Assembly: GCF_009914755.1 (NCBI RefSeq)
Contig: NC_060948.1
Source of the DNA: the human T2T-CHM13v2.0 reference genome, Homo sapiens
Strand: one strand, 5' to 3'
Length of the DNA: 64,000 bases
Shown here: positions 36,201 through 57,179 of the stretch, one piece after another
Layout: each line of letters opens with the position of its first letter
How positions within the stretch are numbered: the stretch's first letter is position 1
Notes under the pieces: generated by a model
The model's database searches: none
Told to the model about the DNA's origin: nothing
Seen by the model: only the letters and a program-made list of their open reading frames with translations
Program-made: the position numbers and the translations under genes

Positions 36201-39134
36201 GTACAGTGTATAAATTTTTTTATACATTGTTCTTTTGGTGTCAAGTCTAAGAAATATTTTCCTAACCCTAGATTCTAAATATTTTCTTCTTTTTTTCTAA
36301 AAGTTTTACATTTCACATTAAGTCCATGATCTTTACTCACCCATAAGTGCCCAGCCCCATTTGAAAAGGCTACCTTTTCTCTATTTAGTTGTTTTCGTAC
36401 CTTTGTCTAATTTTGGGTTCTCTAAAATGTTTTATTAACCTTTGTCTCTATCATTCTTCCATACTATGTTGATTAATGTAGCTATGCAATATTCCTTAAC
36501 ATCAAGAAGTGTTTCCTCCCACTTACTTTCCTTGTCAAAGTTGGCTTATCTATTCTACTGCCTGTGTGTGACTTTTCACATTTGTTTTAGAATAAGATTA
36601 CTTATGTCTTTTAAAAACCTGAGATATTGATAGGAATAGTATTCATCCTACAGAACAATTTTGAGAAAACTGGAATGTAGGATGTTCCAATCCAAATAGA
36701 CAGTGGGTCTATTTACTTATGTATTCTTAGATTACTTTTATCAACAAATTCCAAGTTTCAGCATAAGTAAGGATTCATTTTCATAGGAATGACTGTAAGA
36801 GTACTGCATTTTTAATTTCTGTGCCCATATGTTCACTGTTAAATAAAAATGAGGTTAGTATTTATGCATTGATCCTACAACTTGACACTTTGCTGAACTC
36901 ACTTACTAGTTATAGGATGTTTTCTATAGCTCCCTTAGGATTTTCAACACATACACAATTATGACACCTGCAAAATGAGACAATTTTACTAATTTTCTTT
37001 TTTTTTTTAAGACAGGGTCTTCCTCTGATGCCCAGGCTGGAGTGTGGTGGTGCAGTCTTGGCTCACTGAAACCTCCGTCTCCCAGGTTCAAGTGATTCTC
37101 CTGCCTCAGCCTCCCTGAGTAGCTGGGACTACAGGCGCATTCCAGCATGCCAGGCTACTAGGCCTTTTTATTTCTTTTCTAATATGTATGTTGTTTATTT
37201 TCTTCCCTTGCATTACAGTCTAGAACTGCCAACTGAATAAAAATAGTAACAGGAAACATCCTTGCCTTTTCCCCAATGTGACAGAGGAGGCATTCAATCT
37301 TACACCATTAAGAATGATGTTGGCTACAGGTTTTTTGTAGATTCTTTTTAAACAACCTATGGTTATTTCCCCTCTATGTGAACCTGCTCAAACTTTTTGT
37401 CATAAATGGGTGTTGGGTTTAGTTAAATGGTGTTCCTGCATCAACTGATTTGACTGTATGTATGTATGTGTGTATGTATGTATGATTTTTCTTTATTCTG
37501 TTGATAAGTTTGATTACATTGCTTGATTTTAGAATGCTGAACCAGATTTACATTCCTGGAGTAACCTGAACTGGGTTGTGATGTATTACTCTTCTTCATA
37601 TACTGCTGTTATCAATTTGCAAATTTTTAAAAAGATTTTTGTGTCTACATTCATGAGGGGTATTGAGCTGTATTTTTTTTATTGTACTTTTTTTCTGGTG
37701 TTGAGATACAGATATTCCTAACCTTATATTGGGTTGTGTCCCATTCTCAATTATTTTCTGGAAACAACTGTGTGAAGTTGATGGTAAGTCTTTTTTAAAG
37801 GTTTTGAGGAATTCTCCAGTGAAAATATCTGCACCTAGACATTTCCTTCCTAGAGCTTTTCAATTACTAATTCAGCTTCTTTACTGGCTATAGGACTATT
37901 CATTTTGTCTATTCCATTTTGATTGAATTGTTATACTTTATAGTTTCAAAAGAATTTGTTCATTCCTTCTACTTATGAGTATACTTAATAGATATGCAAA
38001 GAGGCAAGAAGACAGGACCCATATGAGGAGAAAAAACCATTCAATCAAAACTGACTCACAAGTGTTATCACTAGCAGACACAGACATGAAAACAACTAAG
38101 AAAACTGTATACCCACGATCAGAAAGCTAAGAGACATGAAGAATACAAGGAAGATCCAAATCAAACTTCCAGACACAAATACAACAATGCTTGGAGTAAA
38201 AAATACAACAAATGGAATTAACAGTATGATATGCTTTGGCTGTATCTGCACCCAAATCTTATTTTGAATTGTGGTTCCCCAAATCCCCACATGTCCTGGG
38301 AAGGAAGAAAAAATATTCAAGTATTGGTAGGAAGTACTTAAATCATGGGGGCAGTTACACCATCATGTTCTCATGATAGTGAGTTCTCAGGAGATCTGAT
38401 GGCTTTCTAAGGGTCTTTCCCCCTTTGGAGTAAAAAAGCACTTCTTGCTGACACCATGTGAAGAAGGATGTGTTTGTTTCCCCTTCCACCATGCTTGTAA
38501 GTTTCCTTAAGACTCCTCAGCCATATTGAACTGTGAGTGAATTAAATTTCTTGCCTTTATAAATTACCCAGTCTCGGGTGTGTTTTTATTAGCAGTGTGA
38601 GAACTAACACACAGTAGAACAGGCACTGTGGTAGGAAAGAATAGTAAATCTGAAGACACAGCAATAGAAATGCACAAAATACAATAGGAAAAAATAATTA
38701 AAAATAAAAATTTAAAAACATCATTGAATTGGGTGACAACCTCAAATGGTCTAACTATAACCGGAATCCTTGACACTGGAGAGAAAAGAAAAAATATTTG
38801 AAGAAATGAAGGCTAAACTTTTTCTATATTTAATGAAAATTATATCCTACAGATTCAAAATGTTAAATGAAACTCAAGCATAAGGAACATGAAGAAAATT
38901 ACACACAGGCACATCATAACCAAATTGCTTAAAACCAGTAACAAAAAGAAAATCTTAAAAGCAGAGATAAAAGACAAGTAACCCTGAAAGAAACAACAAA
39001 ACACTATTGAGAAAAAATTTAAAAGGGAGAATTATATCTCATATGAGTCAAATGATTCAATATAATTAAAGCGTCAGTTCTCTGCCAAATTGATTTACAG
39101 ATTCAATGCAATTGCATTAAAAATTCCAGAAGCC
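33300..39134. mobile_element. Mosaic of old L1M fragments: + (33.3-34.7 kb), - (34.7-38.0 kb, with Alus at 35155-35430 and 36999-37157), + (38.0-39.1 kb)
   Basis: Switches of A-rich to T-rich skew with L1 ORF2/ORF1-like motifs. Confidence 0.7.
38227..38611 (+). mobile_element. THE1-type MaLR solo LTR
   Basis: tgatatgctttggctgt start, taaattacccagtctc..agcagtgtgagaactaacaca end; perfect 5-bp TSD cagta. Confidence 0.92.
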
Positions 39135-40037
39135 GCAGGAGCCAAGATGGCCAAATAGGAACAGCTCCAGTCTACAGCTCCCAGCGTGAGCGATGCAGAA
39201 GACGAGTGATTTCTGCATTTCCATCTGAGGTACCGGGCTCATCTCACTAGGGAATGCCAGACAGTGGGCACAGGTCAGTGGGTGCACGCACCCTGAGCGA
39301 GCCGAAGCAGGGCGAGGCATTGCCTCACTCGGGAAGCGCAAGGGGTCAGGGAGTTCCTTTTCCGAGTAAAAGAAAGGGCTTACAGACAGCACCTGGAAAA
39401 TCAGGTCACTCCCACCCGAATACTGCGCTTTTCCGACGGGCTTAAAAAACGGAGCACCACGAGATATATCCCACACCTGGCTCGGAGGGTCCTACGCCCA
39501 CAGAGTCTCGCTGATTGCTAGCACAGCAGTCTGAGATCAAACTGCAAGGCTGCAGCCAGGCTGGGGGAGGGGCGCCCGCCATTGCCCAGGCTTGATTAGG
39601 TAAACTAAGCAGCTGGGAAGCTCGAACTGGGTGGAGCCCACCACAGCTCAAGGAGGCCTGCCTGCCTCTGTAGGCTCTACCTCTGGGGACAGGGCATAGA
39701 CAAACAAAAAGACAGCAGTAACCTCTGCAGACTTAAATGTCCCTGTCTGACAGCTTTGAAGAGAGCAGTGGTTCTCCCAGTACGCAGCTGGAGATCTGAG
39801 AATGGGAAGACTGCCTCCTCAAGTAGGTCCCTGACCCCTGACCCCCGAGCAGCCTAACTGGGAGGCACCCCCCAGCAGGGGCACACTGACACCTCACACG
39901 GCTGGGTACTCCAACAGACCTGCAGCTGAGGGTCCTGTCTGTTAGAAGGAAAACTAACAAACAGGAAGGACATCCACACCAAAAACCCATCTGTACATCA
40001 CCATCATCAAAGACCAAAAGAAGATAAAACCACAAAG
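39135..40037 (+). promoter_or_regulatory. L1 5'UTR internal sense/antisense promoter
   Basis: YY1 motif caagatggcc; CpG-containing L1PA 5'UTR. Confidence 0.75.
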
Positions 40038-41054
40038 ATGGGGAAAAAACAGAACAGAAAAACTGGAAACTCTAAAAAGAAGAGTGCCTCTCCTCCTCCA
40101 AAGGAACGCAGTTCCTCACCAGCAACGGAACAAAGCTGGATGGAGAATGACTTTGACGAGCTGAGAGAAGAAGGCTTCAGACCATCAAATTACTCTGAGC
40201 TACGGGAGGACATTCAAACCAAAGGCAAAGAAGTTGAAAACTTTGAAAAAAATTTAGAAGAATGTATAACTAGAATAACCAATACAGAGAAGTGCTTAAA
40301 GGAGCTGATGGAGCTGAAAACCAAGGCTCGAAAACTATGTGAAGAATGCAGAAGCCTCAGGAGTCAATGCGATCAACTGGAAGAAAGGGTATCAGCGATG
40401 GAAGACGAAATGAATGAAATGAAGTGAGAAGGGAAGTTTAGAGAAAAAAGAATAAAAAGAAATGAACAAAGCCTCCAAGAAATATGGGACTATGTGAAAA
40501 GACCAAATCTACGTCTGATTGGTGTACCTGAAAGTGATGGGGAGAATGGAACCAAGTTGGAAAACACGCTGCAGGATATTATCCAGGAGAACTTCCCCAG
40601 TCTAGCAACGCAGACCAATGTTCAGATTCAGGAAATACAGAGAACACCACGAAGATACTCCTCAAGAAGAGCAACTCCAAGACACATAATTGTCAGATTC
40701 ACCAAAGTTGAAATGAAGGAAAAAATGTTAAGGGCAGCCAGAGAGAAAGGTCAGGTTACCCTCAAAGGGAAGGCCATCAGACTAACAGCGGATCTCTCAG
40801 CAGAAACCCTACAAGCCAGAAGAGAGTGGGGGCCAATATTCAACATTCTTAAAGAAAAGAATTTTCAACCTAGAATTTCATATCCAGCCAAACTAAGCTT
40901 CATAAGCAAAGAAGAAATAAAATACTTTACAGACAAGCAAATGCTGAGAGATTTTGTCACCACCAGGCCTGCCCTAAAAGAGCTCCTGAAGGAAGCGCTA
41001 AACATGGAAAGGAACAACCGGTACCAGCTGCTGCAAAATCATGCCAAAATGTAA
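40038..41054 (+). pseudogene. L1 ORF1p with premature stop
   Basis: MGKKQNRKTGNSK..QNHAKM; TGA at 40425-40427. Confidence 0.95.
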
Positions 41055-41699
41055 AGACCATCGCGACTAGGAAGAAACTGCATCAACTAACGAGCAAAAT
41101 AACCAGCTAACATCATAATGACAGGATCAAATTCACACATAACAATATTAACTTTAAATGTAAATGGACTAAATGCTCCAATTAAAAGACACAGACTGGC
41201 AAATTGGATAAAGAGTCAAGACCCATCAGTGTGCTGTATTCAGGACACCCATCTCACGTGCAGAGACACACATAGGCTCAAAATAAAAGGATGGAGGAAG
41301 ATCTACCAAAAAAATGAAAAACAAAAAAGGCAGGGGTTGCAATCCTAGTCTAATAAAACAGACTTTAAACCAACAAAGATCAAAAGAGACAAAGAAGGCC
41401 ATTACATAATGGTAAAGGGATCAATTCAACAAGAAGAGCTAACTATCCTAAATATATATGCACCCAATACAGGAGCACCAAGATTCATAAAGCAAGTCCT
41501 GAGTGACCTACAAAGAGACTTAGACTCCCACACATTAATAATGGGAGACTTTAACACCCCACTGTCAACATTAGACAGATCAATGAGACAGAAAGTCAAC
41601 AAGGATACCCAGGAATTAAACTCAGCTCTGCACCAAGTGGACCTAATAGACATCTACAGAACTCTGCACCCGAAATCAACAGAATATACATTTTTTTGA

Positions 41700-42954
<1,255 letters not shown>

Positions 42955-43239
42955 TGACGAGTTAGTGGGTGCAGCGCACCAGCATGGTGCATGTATACAT
43001 ATGTAACTAACCTGCACAATGTGCACATGTACCCTAAAAGTTAAAGTATAATTAAAAAAAAAAAATTCCAGAAGCCTTTTTTGTAGAAATTGGTAAGTTG
43101 ATTGTAAAAGTCACAGAGAAATACAAAGGGCCTAGACTAGTAAAAACAGCACTGAAAATGAAGAACAAAGTTAGAGGGCTATAAATATATGATTTCAAAA
43201 ATTATTACAAAGCAAAAGTAACCACAAAAGCATGATGTC

Positions 43240-46607
<3,368 letters not shown>

Positions 46608-47435
46608 ATACTATAAGTCAAATTGTTTCTTCTTGCCTAAAAGCAATCCAGCTCCCAATGGTGCTGCAAACTAAACCACGCATGAATATGCCATTCTTCC
46701 AAGGACCCTTAAAACCCCCGGAGAAGCCTTAGCTGCTGTTCCCCATTCAGCGTCCCTTTTCAGCAGAAAGCAGTGAGAAAATGTGGTGGCCCTAAACACC
46801 CTAACAGCAGTTAGGGTTAACTTGTTCAGAAGGAGGAATGTTACAGGAGTTATTAGGAAATTATTTCAGGCAGATAGAGGGGAAAAAGGGTCCTTGAAAA
46901 GCTTTCATCTCTTCTAAAGCAGCTCCAGGAACGCTTCTTGTCTAGCAGGAAAGCCTAGCTAAGAGCCCGCTGGCAACCTTTGACATGCAAATGCACACCA
47001 TTAGAAACTGGGTCCACCCAAACATGGCGATTCTCACGGTTTTCCTCTTGCCCTTGCCCCCATATTTGCCTGGCAACATGGCCACCTCGACATATCCCCA
47101 CGTGTATAGAACATCAGGGCCCCTGTGTTTGCATATTAAAAGGCTAAGGTGCAAGGGTCAGTTTTTTCAAAGACTATGGGAACAATATTCCTGGTCAAAC
47201 CAATACCCTAAGCATATCAAACACCGACTCCTCATATAACTGGCTAGTATCTCGGGGCACTCCAGGTTTCCTATCTCGGCTATAGAGCCCTCCTCCCTCT
47301 GTCTCTGTAAAAGAAAGCTCCTTCCTTCATGCTGCCTATTAAACTCTCCGCTCCTTAAATTCACTCCACGTGTGTTGCTGTCATTTTATCCAATTCAACA
47401 GAAAACAAAAAACCCTGGTGTTTCTCCACTCATCA
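46608..47435 (+). mobile_element. ERV1 3' remnant: env tail, PPT and LTR9/MER61-like LTR (46839-47435)
   Basis: VSSCLKAIQLPMVLQ env-tail motif; agaaggaggaa PPT; tgttacaggagttatt start; ATGCAAAT at 46985-46992; ATTAAA at ~47338; ends catca. Confidence 0.75.
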
Positions 47436-47439
47436 AAGC

Positions 47440-47960
47440 CGTCTCCCATTGTCTCCCATCAGCCTCGGCCCGGTGGCCCCAGGGTTGGGCGTGTTTGCGT
47501 CTCCGGGTGCACAGAGCTATCACTTCTCACTCCCTCCTCACTGGGAAGTCCCTCCCATTGTCTAGCCTCAGTACCTCTTGATACTCTCACAGCGCCCCGC
47601 TGCCATCCACAGCGCCTCCCAGCCCGCGGCTCTGGGACGCTACCCTCGGGACCCCAGCTGCACTCACCTAGGTCGGGCCGGCACTTGCCCTTGTCCTTTT
47701 GCAGCTACAGCTCGGCGCGTAAATCACCGACATCCTCGCAGCCTCCACTGGAACAATAGTTTCCCTTGTTGAGGCTGCTACCCTGGAAGCGAGGAGAGGC
47801 GGGGACGAAGGAGGAGCCGAGTGTCCATCTTGCGCATCTGGCCTCCCGCATCTAGGCACATGTTTAAGATGCTTACACAGCAGGTGCCATGCTAACTGCT
47901 GGCAGAAGGAATCCCGCCTTCTTGCATGCAGGCACTCGCCGGGCTTGGGAAAGAGCTGCC
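47440..47960. promoter_or_regulatory. Small non-repeat CpG island-like region
   Basis: GC-rich with many retained CpGs in otherwise CpG-depleted DNA; contains exon C. Confidence 0.6.
47668..47828 (-). pseudogene. Candidate pseudo-exon C (possibly first coding exon)
   Basis: Consensus gtgagt donor; 47782-47668 reads GSSLNKGNYCSSGGCEDVGDLRAEL*LQKDKGKCRPDL, phase 1 into D; strong-Kozak gcaagATGg at 47828 (MDTRLLLRPRLSSL, 1-nt frameshift), or acceptor cttccag at 47783. Confidence 0.6.
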
Positions 47961-49340
47961 CCATGATCCAGCCAGTGAAGTGAGGTGGCCGCTTATGTGA
48001 GAGTTCTCCAGTCACCTCTAAATTTATGGACACGGGATATTGATGTACCCTTAACTCCCTTTTACAGATGAGTCAATTCCACAAGGACGGTGCCAGACAA
48101 CTCCAGACAGTAGGGATCCCAATTCAAGGATCTTCAATGTCTAAGTTATCTGAATATTATACTGACAGAGAGTCTGCATTTCCCAGGACAGGTCCTGCTC
48201 AAGGTCACTGGTGCTGGTGACCTTGAGGACTCATTTAAGAAACATGTGTTGGGCATCTAATGTGTACTGGGTACACTGGGCAACAAAGATAACACCATCC
48301 CTGCTCTTCTGGCTGGTGGTGGACACAAACATTGACATGGTGTGGCTGGGGTGCAGTTGGGGGTGCATAGGGCACAGAGCAGAGAGGAGGCTCACAGGAG
48401 GCACCTGACCCAGACTCGGGGCATCTAGGAAGCCTTCCTGGAGGAGAAGATGTTGCAGCAGGAGTCAGGTAGAGCTGGTTGGCAGTTACATGAAGTACAG
48501 AAAGAGTGTTTCTGGTGGGAGGCACAGCAAGTGGGAAGGCCGAGAGGTGAGGAAGATACTGGCTCCTTCCAGAAAATGACAATAATAGGGAACATCATGG
48601 GTATCTTCCCACCAGAGCCAGTAGGCCAACAGGCAGTCAACTCCTAGCCTGTCTCTCTTCCCTTGGCTCATCCCTGACCCCCTGGGGCTGCCCTCTCAGA
48701 ATTGATTCGGTGTCAGAGTGGAGCAGCTGGAGCTGCTTGTGGTGCAGCTGGTAGTGGATAACCAGAGCCAGCAGTGAGCACTGTGGCTGGGAGCTCAGGG
48801 CACTGGAGCTGCAGGAGGTAGGGGATGAAGGAGGTGAGAGACGCCAGAATGGAGGATCCCTGAGCTCTTGTGTGTGGAAAAAGGAGAAGCCATATTGGGT
48901 CCCAGCCAGGCTGAGGAGCTACCTAGGCACACCGACATACACATAAAACTCGTTCATGCACCCTCCTTCCACTTGCCAGACTAGTGTCCTCCCATGCAGG
49001 TGCTCAACATCCCACCCGACATCCCACCCAAGCCCCTCTTAGTTACCATCATTTCTTCCAGCAAGCAATTCCCTAAACTCAGTAGGCATTTCTCCCTTTC
49101 CCAAGCCCACGGATGATTGTCTTCTCCCAAGCAGCCTGTGAAGTCCTCACTTCGGTGTCTTATTACCTCCTGCTTTGGGTGTGACTGAATTCTCCTGACA
49201 CTAGAAGAAAAAAAGTTAGGCGGTGATTGAATGGGTACCAGGGGAGATGTAAATGAATGGATGCCAGGGTGGATGGATGGGTGGGCAAATAGATAGATTG
49301 GTGGTTGGGTAAATGGACGAATGGGTAGATGGATGGATGG

Positions 49341-49868
49341 ATTAGTTCTAAATTCCTCTTCAAAGAATCAATATGTCAGTATGTTCAGTTCTTTGCTTTC
49401 TACTTTTAAACTTAACTTCCTTGTAAAGCAACATTTTCCGATTACCTGCTCCACCCTGCCTCATTCCCATTACCTGCTCCACCCTGACTCATTCCAAATA
49501 CCTGCTCCACCTTGAATCGTTCTGATTACCTGCCCATTCTCCACCCTGATTCATTCCAATTTCCTGACCTGCCAAAACCATTTTTCACGCCAAATCACTC
49601 ACCGGGCACTCTTTTTAAATTAGCCAATCAGAATTTGTTTAGCCTGTGCAGTCTAACCCTAACCAACAGGGGAATGACACAGCAGCAGGGGCCACATGAG
49701 TCAGGAATAAGAAACCCTTCCCCTCTCCATCAAGGTGTGCACTCACCATTGGTCCATCTGTGAGGGTGCACCCTTCTATAGAAGTAAACTGCCCTGCTGA
49801 GAAGAAAAAAAGAAAATTTTATATTTGAGTGTTATTTCTTTTGTGGCACTGAAACTTTATTTATAACA
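49341..49868 (+). mobile_element. LTR10 solo LTR (5' few bases missing)
   Basis: ttagttctaaattcctcttcaaagaatcaatatgtcag; attacctgctccaccctgactcattcc repeats; ends tttataaca. Confidence 0.85.
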
Positions 49869-50161
49869 GTGGATGAGTGAGTAGATGAGTACACACCATG
49901 GATGGGGGGAGTTGGGTGGCTAGGGATGGACGGGTGAATGGATGGATGAGTGAATGATTGGATGGGTGAATGGATGGATGGGAGAACAGATGGATGGAGG
50001 AATGAATCAGCTGATGGATGGGTGGATGACTGGATGTGTAGGTGGGTGGGTGGTTGGATGGATGGATTGTTGCATGGATGGATGGATGGAGTGGATGTGT
50101 GGATGGAGGGATGGATGGATAGATAGGTGAGTGGATGGGTGGATAAGTGGATGGGTGGCTG

Positions 50162-51640
50162 TGTGTCCGGAATTGGTGGGTTCTTGGTCTCACTGACTTC
50201 AAGAATCAAGCCACGGACCCTTGCGGTGAGTGTTACAGTTCTTAAAGGTGGTGTGTCCAGAGTTTGTTCCTTCTGATGTTCTGATGTGTTAGGAGTTTCT
50301 TCCTTCTGGTGGGTTTACGGTCTGGCTGGCTTCAGGAGTGAAGCTGCAGACCTTCACAGGGAGTGTTACAGCTCTTAAACGCAGGGTGGACCCAAAGAGC
50401 GAGCAGCAGCAAAATTTATTTCAGAAAGCCAAAAAGCAAGGCTTCCAGTATACAAGGAGACCTCCTCAGAGGATTGCCACTGCTAGCTCAGGCAGCCTGC
50501 CTTTATTCTCTTATGTGGCCCCACCCACATCCTGGGATTGATCCATTTTACAGAGAGCCGATTGGTCTATTTTACAGAGAGCTGATTGGTGCGTTTTGAC
50601 AGGGTGCTGATTGGTGCCTTTGCAATCCCTGAGCTAGACACAAAAGTTCTCCACCTCCCCGCTAGATTAGCTAGATACAGTGTCCATTGGTGTATTTACA
50701 AACCCTGAGCTAGACACAGAGTGCTGATTGGTGCATTTGCAAACCTTGAGCTAGATACAGAGTGCCGATTGGTGCATTCACAATCCCTTAGCTAGACATA
50801 AAGATTCTCCAAGTCCCCAGCAGATTAGCTAGATACAGAGTGCCCATTGGTGCATCCACAAACCCTGAGCTAGACACAGGGTGCTGATTGGTGTGTTTAC
50901 AAACCTTGAGCTATATACAGAGTGCTGATCAGTGTATTTACAATCCCTTAGCTAGGCATAAAGATTCTCCAAGTCCCCACTAGATTCAGGGGCCCAGCTG
51001 GCTTCACCCAGCGGATCTGGCACTGGGGCCGCAGGTGAAGCTGCCTACCAGTCTGGAGCCCTGCGCCCGCACTCCTCAGCCCTTGGGCAGTCATGGGTCC
51101 ATGGGACTGGGCGCCTTGGAGCAGGGGGCGGCGCTCGTTGGGGAGGCTCAGGCCGCGCTGGAGCGGGGAGTGGGGGGAACTCAGGCATGGCGGGTTGCAG
51201 GTGTGGAGCCCTGCCCTGGGGTAGGCAACTAAGGCCTGGCGATAAATCAAGCGCAGCGCGGATGGGCCAGCGCTGCTGGGGTAGCCGGCGCACACTCCGC
51301 AGTTGCTGGCCTGGGTGCTAAGCTCCTCACTGCCCGGGGCTGGCAGGGCCAGCCGCTCCCAGTGCGGGCCCTCCAAGCCCAAGTCCACTCGGAACTCTAG
51401 CTCGCCGGCAAGCGCCGCGCGCAGCCCGGGTTCCCGCGCATGCCTCTCCCTCCATACCCCACGCCCCCGCAAGCCGAGGGAGCCGGCTCCCGCCTCGGCC
51501 AGACCAGAGAAGGGCTCCCACGGTGCAGCGGCGGGCTGAAGGGCTCCTCAAGCGCGGCCGGAATGGGGGCCAAGGCCGAGGAGGCACCGAGAGCGAGCGA
51601 GCGAGGGCTGCGAGGGCTGCGAGCACGCTGTCACCTCTCA
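50162..51640 (-). mobile_element. LTR12 (LTR12C-like, ERV9) solo LTR
   Basis: Minus strand begins tgagaggtgacagcgtgct, ends ccaattccggacaca; ~41-bp ATTGG/CCAAT enhancer repeats at 50560-50990; CpG-rich U3; 4-bp TSD gctg/gttg. Confidence 0.95.
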
Positions 51641-52349
51641 GTTGGGTGGACGGATGGATGGATGGATGGGTGGGTGGATGGAGGGATGGTTGTAAGAGGG
51701 TGGTTGAGTGGATGGATGAATGGCGGGAGATGGTGGGTGTTTGGTATAGGTGGGTGGATGAATAGATGGTGACTGAAGCCTGATAAAAGGGTGATGAAGA
51801 ACCATGAGAACGTAAATTGGATGGGTGAGTGGGTGGGTCGTGACCAATGGGTGGGTGGATGGATGTCCAGGTGAATGCATGAGTGGTAGATGGGTGGAAA
51901 GGTGACTTGAAAAATTCATGAGCAGGTAGATGGTAGGTAGAGGACATCTCAATCCCTACTCCCTGGTAAGAGGCAAATACAGATTTTCTTTCACTGAATC
52001 CCTTTCAGATACAGGACTCCCCAGTCACAACCCTCAAAAAACACGTCCCTTCAAGATATTCCTGCCTGACTTCCCTGCCTGTACAAATCAGGCCCAGGTG
52101 GACAGACGTGCATGCATGTACACGCTCACATCACACACATGCATGCAGCCATCGCCCCAGACCTCCACCCACTGTGGGTGAATTGCTGTCATTCACACAA
52201 AGGCCACACCAATGTGAGGGTGCCTACCTGTGAGGGGGTTCCCTCTGACTATCCAGTAAATATGCCTCTGTGCTGAGAGCCCTCAGCCCTGGGTTCAGTC
52301 TCCAGGGAGCCCCTGAATGTTGAAAAAGACAGAACCAGACTAGAACCTT

Positions 52350-53610
52350 CCAGTCTTGACAGAGGAAGAGACCCAGCTGCAGTAGGCAGAAACCTGATTT
52401 GGGGAGTTAGATCTCTGCCTGGGAACTTTGAAGGATGAGTAGGAGTTCAGCAGAGTAGGAAAAAGAAACCATTCTAGGCAGAAATAACTGCACAGAGAAA
52501 AGCTAAGAGGCCAGAAAAGGCTTGATCTGTTTGGATAACAGGAAATACCAGTGAGGCGCATTTACTGAGCTCATGTTTGGCCAGGCTCTGTGTAGGGACC
52601 ATACCAAAAACTGACCATGAGTTGGTCAAGACAGCATCATTTCTCTCATTTTATAGAGGAGGGAAGTAAAACAGAGAGGGCAAGTAACTTGCCAAAGGAC
52701 ACACAGCAGACAGGAGATGGAGCAGCTCTATGTCTTTCTCTAGGGACCAGGACTGCTCCGGGAGAAGGAAGTGGTCCTTTTGAGGAGGGGAAGTAGCGGA
52801 CTGTGCCACCCAGGACTGGTGTCCCTCACCCTACCGCCACTTTCTCCCTTCCCCAGGTGGCCTTGGGAAAAGAGAAATGCAGAACAGCGTCCATGAAGAT
52901 TCTCACGGCACAATTTAAGACGACAGAAGATGTGAGGCCCTAGATGCCTGATAACCACTAACTTCAGGCTTCTGTATCCCAGGGCTTGAGTGAAGATCCA
53001 CCCGTTAATTCCAGTCTACAGCCTTTGGCCTCTATCCACCTCTTCTCTTTTCCTCTCTGCTGGCCCCTGGCGCCCTTACCTCCCCCATTTCTCCCCAGAC
53101 AAGCTTTCCCGCCATCTTACCTTTGCCCAGGCAGTTCCCTCCCCAAACAACACCTTCTCCCTGCATTGCCACCTATCAGACCCTCATCATTCCTCACACT
53201 GTGGCCCTAGTACCACCTCCTCGTTCAATCTCTGCTCTCCCCAGCCACAGTGACCCCTTGCTTTTCCAAGGACTCACTTTCTCAGGGAGCCTGATCTCTT
53301 GCTTTTCGAGTGTGTGTATCCAGCACATAATTTATATAGCAGGTGCTGTTCCAGGCACAGGGGAAGATCAGCCCGGGAAGAGGACAGGCACAATCCTTGC
53401 ACTGGTGGAGCCGACCACTGAGTGTGGGGGATGAACACAAAACAAGATAAATAAGACAAAATGTGTATTTTGTGCCGTGAGGGCAGACAAAGCAGGAAGG
53501 GGAACTGAAGCATCCAGGGTAGGGGAGGTGGTAGCAGTGTTAAAGAGGATGGCTGGGGAAGGCTTCCCACAGCAGGTGATATTAGAGTAAAGATCAAAAA
53601 GGGAAGGGGA
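52350..53610. mobile_element. Ancient L2/MIR fragments
   Basis: cattttatagaggagggaagtaaaacagagagggcaagtaacttgcc (MIR core); L2 3'-end-like motifs. Confidence 0.55.
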
Positions 53611-53614
53611 GGAC

Positions 53615-56823
<3,209 letters not shown>

Positions 56824-57179
56824 TTAGAAATAGAATTACCCATAAGATCCAGCAATTCTACTTCAAAGATCTATATACCCTTGGCTACATATCCAACAGC
56901 AGCAAAATGAGTGATTTGAACATATATTTGTAGCCCCCTGTTCATAGCAGCATTAATCACAACAGCCAAAAGCTTGAAACAACCCGTGTCCATCAACAGA
57001 AGAATGGAGAATCAAAATGTGACATAAGGAAGGGAATTCTACGTGGTAGAAAACAGATGAGCATTAAAGGAAGTGAACAATGTGCCTCTAGCATGTATTC
57101 AAATGAAGAATTTTTGCCTGAATATTGGTACTAAAACATATTAAAACCCAAAGTCAAAACATCATATTAGTTATAGCAG

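Larger units (their letters stand above)
49225..51940. repeat. Degenerate (GGAT/GGGT)n array split into three blocks by two LTR insertions
   Basis: Blocks at 49225-49340, 49869-50161 and 51641-51940. Confidence 0.92.

Noticed and set aside
33300-38000. L1 orientation flips at ~34.7 and ~38.0 kb as inversion breakpoints
   Set aside because: Equally explained by independent old L1 insertions; cannot be resolved by eye.
50560-50990. Regularly spaced ~41-bp repeats superficially like a CRISPR array (also 45295-45565)
   Set aside because: Head-to-tail tandem units without unique spacers, inside ERV sequence in a primate genome.
49832-51952. Long HPSI-repeat and GC-rich ORFs (up to 206 aa)
   Set aside because: Derived from (GGAT)n and the GC-rich LTR12 U3; stop-poor by composition.
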